Part shown: one piece after another, positions 50,382-64,000 of the stretch | How the letters are laid out: each line of letters opens with the position of its first letter | Numbering within the stretch: the first letter of the stretch is position 1 | Origin: Azolla caroliniana | Taxonomy: Eukaryota > Plantae > Polypodiophyta | NCBI GenBank assembly: GCA_043228905.1 | Contig: JBHGNT010000015.1 | Coordinates: 9,672,001-9,736,000 of the forward strand | Reading direction: 5' to 3' | DNA length: 64,000 nt | The notes under the pieces: generated by a model | Told to the model about the DNA's origin: nothing | Seen by the model: only the letters and a program-made list of their open reading frames with translations | Databases searched by the model: none | Translations under genes and position numbers: made by a program

Positions 50382-53300
50382 AAAACATAAACTCTATTTG
50401 AAAAATTAATTCTGAAACTCTGTACAACGTATGTGTTCAGTGAACACATTTATACAAGTCCATACAGACTGACAAAAGTACGGTGTACTTCAATGCTCAC
50501 ACAAGTGTCTAACACTAACTATGAGACTTAACTATCTAGTAGTCTAGGCTGCTACTAGGCTTCTGGTTACTGATGGATCCGACTAACCGGCTCCCCAGCT
50601 CACCGACTCACTTGCTCACCGATCCGGCTCATCCTTCCGGATGCCGATCCAGCTCAGGCTTATTCAGCCGATCCAGATCCGGTTGAGCTTGTCGCTCAAC
50701 ACTCCCCCTCAAGCTCAACTTGAGGTCGGATCATAGTGTCAGTCTCCATGGCAACCGGTCCTTCTACCCGGCTCCTTCTGGCGTCACTCTTCCCCGCTCG
50801 CGCTCCTCGTCCAGTCCGGTCCCGTTTGCCGCGACCCCTCTAGTTCTGCGCACCTCGACCTCCTCGGTCGACTTGTCTGCTCAACAGGCCCAATCTAGCT
50901 CCCTCGTTGCTATGAATTTGGCACGTGTCGATTCGCCGATTCCTTCGTGTTGGCGTCGACTTTCGCTGCCTTCTCGTCCTCTTGGCCTTGAATTGATCTG
51001 GTTCTTTCGAATCCGTCTATTGAACCGAATCGGATGTCTCTGATTTGATCCAGCTCTTGTCCGAATCGGTCGCTCCTGATTCGTCTTCCGGTTCCAGGCC
51101 CTTCACCACATCAGACCATGTCTGGGTCTTGGCCTTCTTCTTCTGGTCGGCTTTGTCCTTCTTGACTCTGCCACCACTGCCACTTGTTCCGACTTGTTCA
51201 AATGTGTCAACTTCCTTAGTCGACTTGGCTCTTTTCTTCTTCTTGTCTCTCCCTTTGTCGATTCTTCCCTCACCGGCGCAATCGGTAGTTTCTTTGCCTT
51301 TGCCCATTCCGGTGTCTTTGCCAGTTCTCCCTCTCGAGTGTGGCATGTCGAGATGTTGAACACCAAGCATTTCGATGAAGTGCTGCAACTTGTCCGATCC
51401 GAGCGGTTTGGTGAAGATGTCAGCAACTTGCCGATCCGTATGAACATACCGAAGTTCGACTTCACCGCTCAGGACACGCTCAAGCACGAAGTGGTAGTGC
51501 ACTTCTATGTGCTTCGTGCGAGCATGGAATACGAGGTTCTTGGCGAGCTACATGTTGCTTATATTGTCATAGTAGATTAGGATCGGGGTCGACACCTTGA
51601 TCCGTAGGTCTTGCAGCAGTTGCCGAAGCCAAATGGCTTCAAAGGTGGCAACAGTAGCGCCCCGGTATTCAGCCTCAGTGCTCGAAAGGGCCACTGTTGG
51701 CTGCTTTTTGCTGCTCCATGCAACAACCGTGCTACCAAGGGAAAACATATAGCCGGAGGTGGATTGGCGATCCGATGCATCGCCGGCCTAGTCGGCATCG
51801 GTGTAACCGACTAGCTCTTTGGTTATACCATGCCGGTATAACAGTCCCTGTTCCTTTGTGCCGGTCACATATCGCAAAATTCGATGCGCGCACAGAAGGT
51901 GCTCCACGGTCGGCTTCTGTATATATTGGCTGATCACGCCGACCGGATAACTGATGTCGGGTCGGGTGATTGTCAAATATATAAGGCTTCCGATGATTTG
52001 TCGGAACCGCTTCTCATCGTAGGCCGGTCCGGAGTCGGGACAGAGTTTCTGGTTCTGGTCCAGGGGTGTGGAGATTGGTCGGCATTCCGTCATGCCGAAC
52101 TTGTACAACATATTGAACACATAGTGTCTTTGTGAGAGCAATATGCCGTTGGGGGTTCGGATCACCTCGATCCCAAGGAAATAGTGAAGGTCCCCCAGGT
52201 CCTTCATCTCAAATGCGTCCGACTGCTGGGACTTGACTCGGCTGATTTCATCGAGTCCGGGTCCGGTGATGATTAGATCATCAACATACAACAGGATGCA
52301 AACCGGACCGTCCAGACCTTGCTGGATGAACAACGAAGAGTCAGAATTGGAGGCCGCAAACCCCATCTTACGCAATCAGTGCATAATCTTCGCATTCCAA
52401 GCTCGGGGTCGGGGGGCTTGCTTCAGGCCATAAAGTGACTTCTTCAGCCGGCATACCGCCGACTTGTTCATCTCCAACTGGAAACCAGGGGTTGGGTCAT
52501 AAAGACCTCTTCTTCAAGATCGCCTTGATGAAATGCATTCTTCACGTCCATCTGGTGAAGATGCCACCCCCTTGCCGCAGCAACCGCCAACAACACACGA
52601 ACCATAGTCATCTTCGCTACCGGAGCAAAGGTCTCGTCATAGTCGATTCCGTGGGTCTGCGCGTATCCCTTCGCCACTAACCGGGCCTTGTACCGATTAA
52701 CCGAACCATCGGCATTGTACTTTACCTTGTACACCCACTTACATCCGATCGGTTTATAGTGTCGGGGAGGGTCAACTAGGTCCCATGTGTCGTTGGCATC
52801 AAGTGCCCGCATTTCTTCCTTCATAGCGGCACACCAATTTGCGTCCTTTGCCGCTTTTGCATAGCTCTCCGGCTCACGCACTTCTACCACCTTGGTCATG
52901 TATGCATAGTGATGCACCATGTACGCATTGTACCCATACCGTTTCACGGGGTTCTTCTGGCGGGAAGACCGGCGTAACTTATCATTACCCGATTTGAGGC
53001 CCTTCTTGGCCGGTTCAGATTTCATTCTCGAAGATCCACCTTCATCCTTTCCGGGGTCAGATTCGCTCCGATCCGACTCAACGTTGCCGGTTTCGTATTC
53101 CGGCATCTTCTTCTTCCCCTTCTCTTTGCGCGTGAACCGTCTCCTCTGTTCCTTGCACGGGGAGAGCACGACAAAGTCTCCATTACTCGTCGGTTCCTCA
53201 TCCGACTGGTCATCCTGACTCAGCCACTCATTCGGTCCACTTAACCGAAATGAGATCGGACTCTCTTCTAGAGTGCCGAGGTCTTCATCTTCTATTTGGG

Positions 53301-56300
53301 TTGGTTCAGGCTCACTAGCCTCATCCTCCGGTATCCGGTCGGGGTAGGAAGTTGGAGCCGATAAGGCATACCATGATGCCGTCTCATCAAACTCAACATC
53401 CCGGCTAACTCGGACCTGCTTCGTCCGGGGGTTATAACACTTATACCCCTTTTGCTCATGCGAGTAACCGACCAGGATGCATTTCTCTAATTTTGCATCC
53501 AATTCCTCCGCTTCTCATCAGGCACATGCACATATGCAATGCTACCGAATATCCGAAGGTGTCTCAAATTCGGCTTGCATACGAAATACAGCTCATGTGC
53601 GGACACCTTGTCACCGATCCGGTTTTGGATGTAGACGGTCGTTCGAACCACCTCCGCCCAGTAGAAATGGGGCATGCTCTTCTCCTCCAGCATTGCCCTT
53701 GCCGCGTCAACAATCGACCGGTTCTTCTTTTCGGCGACACCGTTTTGTTCCGGTGTGTATCTGCAGCTAAACTCTCTCCGAATTCCTTTTTGCTGTAGAT
53801 AACTGTTGAATTGGCTGGAAAAATATTCTTTTCCGCCATTTGACCATAGGCACTTGATCTTCCTCTTCGTTTCCCATTCAACCAGGCTTTGCAGGTTCCG
53901 GAAACACTCGAAGACTTCGCTCTTCCGCTCAATGAGGTAGATCCATGTGGGCCGGTTGTAGTCGTCGATGAAGGAGACAAAATACCAACTCCCACCAAGA
54001 CTAACGTTCTGTGTCGGTCCCCATACATCCGAACGAATAAGGTCAAGCTTGTTACGGCCACGGTTTCGTTCGGTGGGGAATGGAAGCCGGTGTTGCTTCC
54101 CGAGTTGGTAGGCTTCACATATTTGGGCCTTCCGGCCACTGAACTTCGGCAAACTGAAAACAACTTGTTTCGTTTGGAGGTCTTGAAGTCTCCGGGAATT
54201 GACGTGGCCGATCCGCTTATGCCACAAGTCGATGTCCGATTTGACCTTCTATCCTTTGGTGAACAAAGCGGTGCCTACGTCATTAGTGTCGAGGATGAAC
54301 ATCCTCCCGTCTCTACGTCCTTGCACAATAATCTGGCCCTCTTCCTCGATGAAGCACCCAAGGTGCGTAAACCGCACCTGCATCCCCTGGTCAACAATCT
54401 AACCGATTGACACCAGGTTTTTCGTGATAGTCGGAACGTGTAATACGTTCATCAGCTTCCCCCTCTGTCCGACATGGCTCACAGGGACTTCTCCGACATG
54501 CACGATTGGGTGAGGAATGTCATCCCCGGTTTCGACGACTCCCTGTGTCGTGCCTTTCGGCTCCGGATCGTTGCGTGAGTCGGGAGGGAACCACTGAGGT
54601 TTTGGACTAGGAGGAAGAAGAATACAATATAAGGCTAGTTATGAATAAGTAGAAAGAGAAGTAAGAAATAAAACTTGTGAATCCCACGTGTTTAGTGTAT
54701 TTAATCAATATTTAGATTGTAAGAAAGAGAATTTTGATGATAAACTCGTGAATCCCACGAATATATTAGATTGATCAATCATTGTAAAAATAATCAACAA
54801 CACCATACATCTTTCTCTCCTCTTTATATAAGGATGGAAGAGGCTAAGCATGGCTTCATGCTTTTTCTAAAGTGTTCATGCACAGTAAATGTGCATGAGT
54901 TGTTTTTTCCACTATACTCCTATTTCCTAAATATAGTGCTCATGCATGCCAGATGTGCACGAGTAATTTTTTATTGGTGTACATTTTCATATTTATAAAT
55001 TTGTCTCTTCATCCGGTGAGAGACTCTCACCGACCTTCTTTATCCGGCTCTTGCCGGTTTTGCTTGATCCGGTTCTTACCGGTTCCTCCTTGTCCCATCT
55101 GGAGGAACAAAAATGCAATTTTCATGTAGTGTGCGAATTACACTATGACACTCGCCCCCTCCAAACCCGCACATCCTCCGGTATGTGCCGAAGTTCCCGA
55201 AGCTTATTATTCGCCTTCATCCGTAGCACTCTCCGATTCTCCCCTTATGTCGACTACGAGTTGAAGTCCACTTTCTTCGCTTTCCACATCACCGCGATCT
55301 TTGTCCGGTTGCTCCTCGTTGTCGGTCTTGTCTAGGGTTACATAGGGTTTGTCATCAGTCCGCTTCTTGAAGATCTTTACCTGTTTCCCCGCTATAGGCA
55401 CTCATAGTATCGTTCCATCCAATTCGCATAGTCGGTAAGTTCCGTTGTCGAAAACTTTCTGAACCTCGTATGGCCCGAACCACTTTTTCGTGAACTTCCG
55501 TATCGTTGCATGTTGATGATCCAAACTACTGTCATAGAAAATCATCCAATCTCCTTCTTCAATCTTCCGTGGTCATAGTCGGTGCTTTGTGTCGAACCGG
55601 CTTTTGTTCCGGAATCACGCTTCTTGTTGTCGACGTGTTGCTTCCGCTATGTCTTCCGGTCTTCCCTCTAGTTGTCGTATCCGGACCGCTAGTAGTTCTT
55701 CCTGGCTCATCTCGTCCTTCCACGGTAGCATTGTCCATGTCGCGATCATGGTTTCCATCGGCATTACCGGTGCTTGTCCGGTCATAAGTTCTGTCGGCAT
55801 ATAACCGGTTACGGGGCTATGCGTCGTCCGATCCACCCATAGTGCAGACGGGAGCATCTGCGGCCAATCCTTCACCCTTCTGTCGCATGCTTTGGAAAGT
55901 GCTTTGACGATCGGACTATGTCCTCGTTCAATTTTCCCGTTGGCTTCCGGATTGTATGCCGTTGTTAGTGTTAACCGAACTCCATGTTTGGTGAAGAATT
56001 CCCCAGCTTTATCAGAGTTGAGTTCTCCCCAATCCGCAATCACTTGTCCTACGCACCAGTACCGGCAAAACACTTCTTCGAAAAGAAATTGGCATACCAT
56101 AGAACACATTTTTCTCCGTAGCGCTCGACCTTCTACTTGGTTTGTGAGATCTTCCCGAGCTAACACCAAGTACTTCTTTTGTCCGATCCCGGTTGGCATG
56201 GCTACAATGTCGACCATCCATTTGAAGTTGATTGTCGGATGTAATTCATCTCGGTGTCAAATTCCGGAGTAGATTTGACATTTCACGCAGCTTTCCGTGA

Positions 56301-59300
56301 ACTCCACTACATCTTTGTACATATTCTTCCACCAATATTTTTGTTTGATTTTCACAAAAGTTGCCCATGTTCCTCGATGTCCAGCCCAATCAGATTCATG
56401 AAACTCGGACATTATCCGGTTTCGTTGCTCTTTTGTCCCGACTACTCGAAGTGGTATGCCATCCGGTCTTTTCGGCTCCTTCCATATCAATCCATTTTTC
56501 AAGAAGAACTTTCGGACTTCCCGCTTCTTACTTTGGATCTCGGCTCTCTTCTCTTTATTGTCCGATGATTCCTCAATTTCTTGTAGCATTTTCCCGATCA
56601 ACAAGCTTTCTCCCTCATACTCTTCTTCCTGGAATTCTCGGATTACGTTCACCGAAGCATATGTGCTCCGAAGCAAAGTAGTCTTCGGAAACTTCTTCAT
56701 TATCGGATTCGGTTATGTCATCTCCGAACCGCGCCCTTGATAGCATATCCGCTACCACGTTGTCTTTTTTGGAGATGTGTCGAACCTCTGGATTAAGTGA
56801 CTTAACATATGCAATCCACCTTAGCATAGCCACATCAGGTATAGTACAACACCGCATCATCCCGAGTATCGGAAGACAATCCGTTTCGATCACTACTTCG
56901 GCTCCGATCAAATAATCTCGATCCAATTTGATTGCCGACACGACTCCCCATAATTCTCTTTTGACTTGCGCATATCCGTGTTGCCTTTCATTGAGAACCT
57001 TTGCTCTGAATCGGATCGGATATCGCGAACCATCCGAGTCGGCTTGATTGATGACCCATCTGATTCCGGCTGGGCTTGTGTCAACCGTTACTATGATCGG
57101 TCGGTCATAGCTCGGCTTATTAAGTGATTCCGCCTTCCATAGTGTTTTCTTAAGCTTCTTCATGGCTTTGGTATGTTCCGGTCTCCATTTGAACTTCTTA
57201 CCCTTCCGCAACAAGTGATAGAGTGGGTCCGTAATATGTGCATAGTGTGGAATCCATATATGATAGAATGCACACACTCCAAGAAACCTTTGGACTTCGG
57301 ATTGTGACTCACATACTTCTCTCATAGCTTGAATCGCATCAATCTTGGTTGGTGACGGTCTTCGGCTATAGGGCCCACATAGATGCCTGACTACCAATAT
57401 CTCTTCTTGCTCGAATGCTGATTTCTCCCAAGGAAGTGTTCGGTGTATATCTTCTAACTTTCAAAGCACTTTCTCGCAATCACGAACATGGTCGACTATG
57501 AACTTTCGGCATCCCTGATCATCCATAGTTTCATCTTTTTCTTCTACCGTGCATCCTTTCATCGGAATGTCATGTAGGAACGACATCGTTATCTCCAAAA
57601 TGCAATCTCGAAGCACCTTGTTCATCACGTTCATCATATGTGCAACCGAGTTTGTCGCTCCTTGTGGTAGTGTGCACATTCAGACTAATCCTATCGGTGT
57701 CCACATGGTTGTGATGTCTCGACTCTCCATGACTAGTTGAATTGGTCATACCCCGAGTATAGGTCTTCGATGGAGTATATCGAACGACCGGCAAATGCTT
57801 CCGCAAATTCGTCCACTATCGGACCGACTTCGGAGTTCCGGATCGTGACCTTGTTCACCGGTTGCAAGTCTTGGATAAATCGGAGTGACCCATTCTTCTT
57901 CGGAACCGTAAACCATCGATTTGAGTACGGAGCGTTTGATGACTCTAAAATCCTGATCGCCACCTTCTCCTTGAGCAAGTCGATGATTTTGGGAATATGC
58001 GCCCACGGCACCGGAATCGGCTTCAAGTTCCACGGCACATGGTCAATCGTGAAGATCACCATTGGCTCCACTATCTTTGGATCAACGCACCCTATCTCCT
58101 TCGATGTGAATAAAAATGCTTTTGCATGTTGTGCTAACATCCCACGGAATCGTTCTTCTTCATTTTGTAAAAGGAAACCACCTCCACTGATATGAAGTTT
58201 CTTCCGGGTCTCATCCGTGAAGGCATGTCCGATATCCACGGACTTCCGAAGTGTCGGACCTCCCGAGACTTCTTTCCTCTTTTGCTCGCTATCGGCGGGT
58301 AATGGTCCCGCGACCGGTTTCACTTTCTTCTCCACGGTCTTGTATTTCGTAGTTACCATTGCTTCTTTTTTGCGGAGCGCATCCGGCCCCATTTTCGCAA
58401 TGATCTCGTACATATCGACCGATTCCACCGGCACTACCCGGTCTCCTTGGCTTTTATCCTCCACAAGCTCTTCAAGCCGTTGTAGCGTGCTCCCATAGAA
58501 CACTTCTTCGACTACCCCCACTATTTCTTCGTCTTCTTTTATTATTGATGCCGACCGCAACTTATCCTCTACTTTTCTGTATTTTTCCTTCTTTCCTCCG
58601 GTTACGGCCGTTTACGTAGATGCCCCATCTAGACTGATTCGTACTTGTTTTGCTCCGAAAGTTTTCTTCCTGTGTGGGGTATCAGGGCTTCTCAGACTAT
58701 CACTTCTCCACTCCGCAACAGTCTGCTCTAAAAATCCATCCTTGATTTACCGGTAGAGTTAGGAATTGGACGGATTTCCCTCCGCTTTGGCTCCGAATTC
58801 GTGCGAAAGCCGCACCATTGTCGAGCACCTTTGTCTCCATTGATGAAGCCGTGATAAAGGGTTGCCCAAGGATCACGGAATGTGAGACCTCGTCTTGTAC
58901 GGAGAAATTTTGGTCGATCTCGACATCCCCGATCTTCACCGTTACATCTGGACAAGCCGCAAATAGATCTTCCGTTGCTTTAGTGGCTGCTCGGACCTTC
59001 CATCCATGGTTAGTGTTTATAGGCCACTTCCCCTTTTGGTAGAACTCCTTGGAAATCAAGTTGATCTCTGATCCGTGATCAATCAATGCTAGCACGGGCT
59101 CTTTGATGTTGCCGATTTGGACCAGAGTCTCCGTAGTTGCATGTGCCCAGTATGGCCTTGTGTAGTGGGAGTTCGGAATTTCGTCCTCCACCTCGGTGTC
59201 ATTCATTAAAACCGTGTTTGCATTTACTCTTGGAGCATTCTCCTCTGTACTTTGTCTTTTTCTCTTCACGAGATCCACAAGAAGATAATAGACTTCCTTC

Positions 59301-62207
59301 GCTATTCCGAGTAATTCCCGAAGCGAAAACTCCACCCGGCTATGGAGGATTCTCTCTTCGAACACTTTTTTCAAGTCCGTTTGTTGTTCAATGTCCGAGG
59401 CGAGTTTGAATGCCGAAATCGTCTTTTCTTTTCCCTTCCCTCCGGAGTTCCAACTTTCTGGTGTCTTTGATGGTTCGGCCGCATCATCCGTGCGCCGTTG
59501 TTTCTCGTCTACATACACCTCATGCAATTGGCATAGGGTGTGTACACTATTCTTATCAACGGGACACTCCCATCCCGTAGCTTCTCGGATGCCTTCCGCG
59601 GTGCTTCGGATATCATTGGAATCGGTTTTCTTGGGGTTTCCTAGCACTTCCGGCCAAAAAGATGCCTTTGCTCTCGATGACTCCCCGACACGTATTCCCG
59701 CAGTTGTTGCATAATCGCTTTTTGCCGCTATTTCCTCCTCATGGACCTTCTTCATGCCGCCTTTCCAGAAGTTCGATTGGATGGCTTCCGAGAGTCCATG
59801 GAATGGATCCGATTTCCGTCGTAGTAGATAAGATCCCATCGTAACGCCTCCTTGTGCTTGTTGCAATCCCTTTGATCATGTTCCGTGCTATCGCACCATA
59901 TGCACCAACGGTCCATATACTTGGAGCTTGTGGGACGATCATCCGACTTCTTTACCATCGTGATTTTCAGATTGTCCATTTCTTTCAGCAACTGCCCCAC
60001 TGTGGTTGCATCGATTCCCTTCTCGGTCGTAGTCTCCCGAGCCCTCGGTTGATGGTCTTCCAATCCGGATCTCGGTTTTGGAATCGGTTTTGAAACCCTC
60101 TTTTCTTCGCTACCAAGCCATTGACCCCTCTTCGTGTATCGCGCGACGATATCCCACACGCTTTCCCATGTTTTGGTGAGGCCACTCTCAGTGGTTGTGT
60201 CCTCCAAAAGCACTCCAAGATCTTTTCGGTCCCGGATGTCCACGGCTTGTAGGAACATGATCACTTTGTCCGGTGCGAGGATAGCTTGATCTCTCGCAGA
60301 CAACCTCCCGAACCGACTTTCAAATGATGAAAACACATCGAGGACCTTCATCCCCTTATCTAATGTTTCCACCCAATCTTCGAATCCCCTCCTCGTTGCC
60401 TTGGAGGAGTTCTAGATGGTGAACATGGTCTTTAACGCCTCTTCAAATGCCTCCCACGTCGGATTTTGTTGTTGTATCCCGTGGATACTCCCTTGAAGCC
60501 CGTCGGTCGCCACCTGGTTGAAGGATGTCACTAGCAGTCCTTCTGAAATCCCGCACAGTAGCATTTCCGCCTTGTAATCTCGCAAATATCGCAACACGTC
60601 TTTCCCGTTGAATTGCCCGTTCCGTTGCACGAGCTGCTCTACTGCCACCGCAATCTCTGACATCGCGCGTGTTCTTGTAGCATCCGCTCAAACATAGCCA
60701 TCATGTTGTTAGCCCCCAGTTGATTTTCCATCTCCTTGCCACCCGGTTTCACGTCGGGTTCACCACTTATGTTTATGTCGTGCCTTTCAGCTCTGGATCG
60801 TTGCGTGAGTCGGGTGGGAACCACTGAGGTTTTGGACTAGGAGAAAGAAGAATACAATATAAGGCTAGTTATGAATAAGTAGAAAGACAAGTAAGAAATA
60901 AAACTTGCGAATCCCATGTTTTTAGTGTATTTAATCAATATTTGGATTGTAAGAAAGAGAATTTTGATGATAAACTCGTGAATCCCACAAATATATTAGA
61001 TTGATCAATCCTGCCCTATGCATGTAACAATCTTTTTTTTCCTATTTATAGATTTGTCTCTTCATCCGGTGAGAGAGTCTCACCGGCCTTCTTTATCCGG
61101 CTCTTGCCGGTTTTGCTTGATCTGGTTCTTACCGGGTCTCCTAACCGGGTCCTCCTTACCGGGTCCTCCTTGTCCCATCCAGAGGAACAAATATGCAATT
61201 TTCACGTAGTGTGCGAATTACACTACGACACTGGTTGTTTTGGTTTCTCCAAGAAGGAGAACCACTCTTTGTGGCTTGTCATGTGATTCGACGCACTGGA
61301 ATCAACGTACCACACTTCCTTCGATTTGGAAATGGTCTTCTTCATCAAGTTAGCCTTGTGTTTCACCACCAAGGCTGGCTCTTTACCGGCTTTTCCGGTT
61401 TTGGATCCTCCCGATCCTTCTGCGTAGTGCGAGTATTGCTGGTTCTCTCTGCCAGCCTTGCCGGATTCGGATCTGTCCGAATCGGCATGCTTCTTCTAGA
61501 ACTCACTTTCTCTATGGCCCTTTTTCCCACAGTACCAACATTCCGTGTCGGCCTTTGCTTGCCGACCTCCGGCACCGCCTTGACTCCCCCTGCTTGTGGA
61601 GGGTCCGGAACTACTGTTGGCACGTTCTCTGTGCCTTCGGTCCTGCTCTTGCCGGCCGCTACCATTGCGAGCCGACCCGCCTTGTCCACCATGCCCACGG
61701 GGCCGATCTGCCTCCGTGTACAACATCCGACTATTGGTGGGTGTACTTGTTGACGCATCGGCGTGGTTCTCCTCTACAAGGAGTATCGACTGTAAGTCAA
61801 AAAATGACGGTGTATTCTCCCTTGTACACACAACAGTTCGGAACGCTCCAAACTTTGACGCCAAACCTCTGAGACAGATTTGCACCATATCGGCTTCTTC
61901 GATATTCACATCGATGGGGGCCAAAGAGTCGCAGATGTCCTTGATTTTTGAGGTGTAGTCTGCCACCGACAAGTCGCGTTGTCGTAGGTTGCTCAGCTCC
62001 TGTTGGAGTTGAAGCTTCCTATCTATAGTGCTTGTGGCGAAAGTCTTCTTCAGATTTCCCTAAGAATCTTTTGGTGTTTTTGCATCCCTAATGTAGCTTA
62101 GGAGCTGTTCGCCCACACAAGACGTGAAGCAGTACAATACTCTGCTTGCCGACTGTTCGCACACCGGGAAATCTCTGTGTGTCAATTCGGGTGTTGTGTC
62201 ATTTGAA
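50261..62207 (-). mobile_element. Copia family H copy H4 (3' LTR 50261-50701; body 50702-54545 plus 61231-62207), split by A3; 5' end missing
   Basis: RH, RT (YVDD), IN and gag ORFs; PPT; protease continuous across the insertion. Confidence 0.9.
54546..61230 (-). mobile_element. Full-length, decayed family A Gypsy (A3)
   Basis: LTRs 54546-55150 and 60776-61230; PBS-Trp 60748-60765; PPT 55151-55162; gag-PR 58728-60731; pol 55207-58730; no chromodomain; imperfect 4-bp TSD CCTG/CTGG. Confidence 0.93.
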
Positions 62208-62209
62208 CA

Positions 62210-62410
62210 TGTGTGAGTAGAATATAGGTACTAAGGTGTAAATTCTATATTAAATGTACTTAGGAGTGGAAGATCTAGAATATCTCACTTAAATACAAGG
62301 ACCTATTTAAGGCTTTATAGTCAACACTCCTAACTAGATTCTATCTAGGTAACTACGAAGTTACATGGTTGACTAAATAACTAAACTAAATTGAGCTTGA
62401 TCTCTCAACA
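62210..62410 (-). repeat. Short LTR-like sequence with a family-H-type terminus
   Basis: TG start; ends TTGAGCTTGATCTCTCAACA; no TSD. Confidence 0.5.
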
Positions 62411-62977
62411 CATCCGTATGAATCTGTCAAGGTCGTGCTTACTGAGCCAATCCCTAGTGGTTGTCGATAGTGCCATAGGTTCCGTATTTTCTTCGTTGAC
62501 ATCGTTGCTACGGTTGGGTGCTTGTGCTCTGTGACTTGCCTACGCTTTTCCAGTGTCACGAAAATATGACAAGGATACGTGAACTTGAGGCACGACCCTA
62601 GCGCCTCCGACCAAAGGATATCAGATTCGTGCGTTTATATTTTTAACAATTAACGTAAATGAGAAATTTAGTATTTTTTCATTAGCAAAGGAAAAGAAAT
62701 TACAATATGTCCCAAGATTTAGATTCCGAAGTTTTAGGTTTACTGAGATTAATAGAAAAGAAAAATTAGGGGTTTTGAGAGATATGGCTTCCGTAAGGAA
62801 AATTAGGGTTTTTGGCTTTTTAGAAAATTATCGTTCTTGAGTGTTCTAGCTTCGATAAGATAAGGGAGCCGAGAGGGGGGGGGGGGGGGGGGGGGGAATG
62901 GAGAAAAGAAGAGAGTGCAATATATACGGAGTTCTTTGTTGATCAGAGCCTCGCATGTTCCTTTGCATGCGTCCACT

Positions 62978-63092
62978 TTTAGTTGCATGGCCTCCATTTT
63001 TGGTTGCTTGCCCTTTACTTTTGGTTGCATGGCCTCCTTTCTTAGTTGCTTGGCCTCCATTTTTAGTTGCGTGGCCTTTACTTTTGGTTGCG
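62978..63092. repeat. 21-bp tandem repeat (~5 units)
   Basis: Unit TTTT(A/G)GTTGC(A/T)TGGCCTCCA-like; 7-aa periodicity in the overlapping ORFs. Confidence 0.9.
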
Positions 63093-63214
63093 TGCGACTG
63101 TTCGTTTAATTCAGCCACACGATCCAATCATCCATAAAAAGTTCAGCCCGTGTAACTTGTATGTCGCAACCAAACCATGCGTTGCAACTGAATCGTAGAT
63201 GCGTACATGCGCGC

Positions 63215-63580
63215 GCGACCCGACCGCGCCGTATACGCATCCGCACACACGAACATCCCGACCAAGCCATGTATGTGTGCGTTTGCACACACGAGTGTCC
63301 CGACCGAGCTCTGTACACGTCCGCACACACAAGCGTCCCAACTGAGTCGTGTACGCGTTTGTAGACACGAGCGTCCGGACCGAGCCGTGTACACGTCTGT
63401 AGGCACGCACGTCCCGACCGAGCCGTACATCGTGGCTGATCAACCCGTGAAACAAAATCATCTGAGCCATTCATCTTGACCGAGTCGTGTACGTGTCTGC
63501 ACACACGCACGTCCCGATCGAGTCGTACGCAGTGGCTAATCAATTCGTGACCTAAAAATCATTTGAGCCATTCATCCAAA
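63215..63580. repeat. 38-bp CpG-rich tandem repeat (~6 units) followed by a ~100-bp duplication
   Basis: Unit CCCGACCGAGCCGTGTACACGTCCGCACACACGAGCGT. Confidence 0.88.
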
Positions 63581-64000
63581 CAATTTAGCCCAAGTCACCA
63601 TGAACATTCTAGCTTCACACATAGACATAAAGTAATAGGTTCTGGCTCTCTATATATACTATGGGATCAAATGTTGTCCTATTTATGTGGGATATCTCAT
63701 AGTTTTGTTTTTCCCAATCTTCTCAAACTCACACTCACATAACTTGATACTTGTTTATCCGTTTCATGTGTAGTAAAATGTGTTATGACGCTCTTGAAGA
63801 TGTCCAACTTTCGTACTAATCCATTTAAACTAACCTGAAATAATTATTTCATTACTTTTTCGTATCGTGTGTAAAAAATCACATGACACCAGAAGCCTGC
63901 ACGCTCGGTTGTTCTCTCAAAACCTTTTGTTCGCGAAATGAAACTTCTTCGTCTGTCTGGAAGTTTTGTTACCCCATTTTTTGCAGTCATCACTTCTTGA

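Noticed and set aside
55151-55210. env-like ORF in the full-length Gypsy elements
   Set aside because: No room or hydrophobic ORF between integrase and the PPT in A3, B or C.
62846-63127. 93-aa heptad-repeat ORF (HATKSKG)
   Set aside because: Translation of the 21-bp DNA repeat and the poly-G tract; no coding evidence.
63215-63530. CRISPR-like array (also 8415-8640 and 35580-35790)
   Set aside because: Head-to-tail degenerate tandem repeats with no unique spacers and no cas genes, in eukaryotic context.

Overview
Plant nuclear DNA; the transposon repertoire suggests a fern or other non-seed plant, but that is inference. The window is mostly nested, largely decayed retrotransposons around one host gene, a two-exon GT92/DUF23 glycosyltransferase (28877-31006, minus). 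Resolved families: (A) a non-chromovirus Ty3/Gypsy with a tRNA-Trp PBS, 4-bp TSDs and a Gag-PR/Pol -1 frameshift; (B, D, E) self-priming Tcn1-like chromoviruses; (C) a Reina/Tekay-type chromovirus; (G) a Tat/Athila-like fragment; two Ty1/Copia families (F, H); an L1 LINE; and RTEX-like LINEs. 36.4-50.1 kb is a five-level nest. The most unusual signals are in the LTRs. An antisense, tRNA-derived Pol III A-box/B-box module sits in U3 of two unrelated Gypsy lineages. A CCGG-rich U3 module is shared between a Copia family and one Gypsy subfamily. Family A target sites are CpG-centred. There are two predicted frameshift pseudoknots and a conserved coding extension after Copia RNase H. All calls were made by eye, with no database searches.
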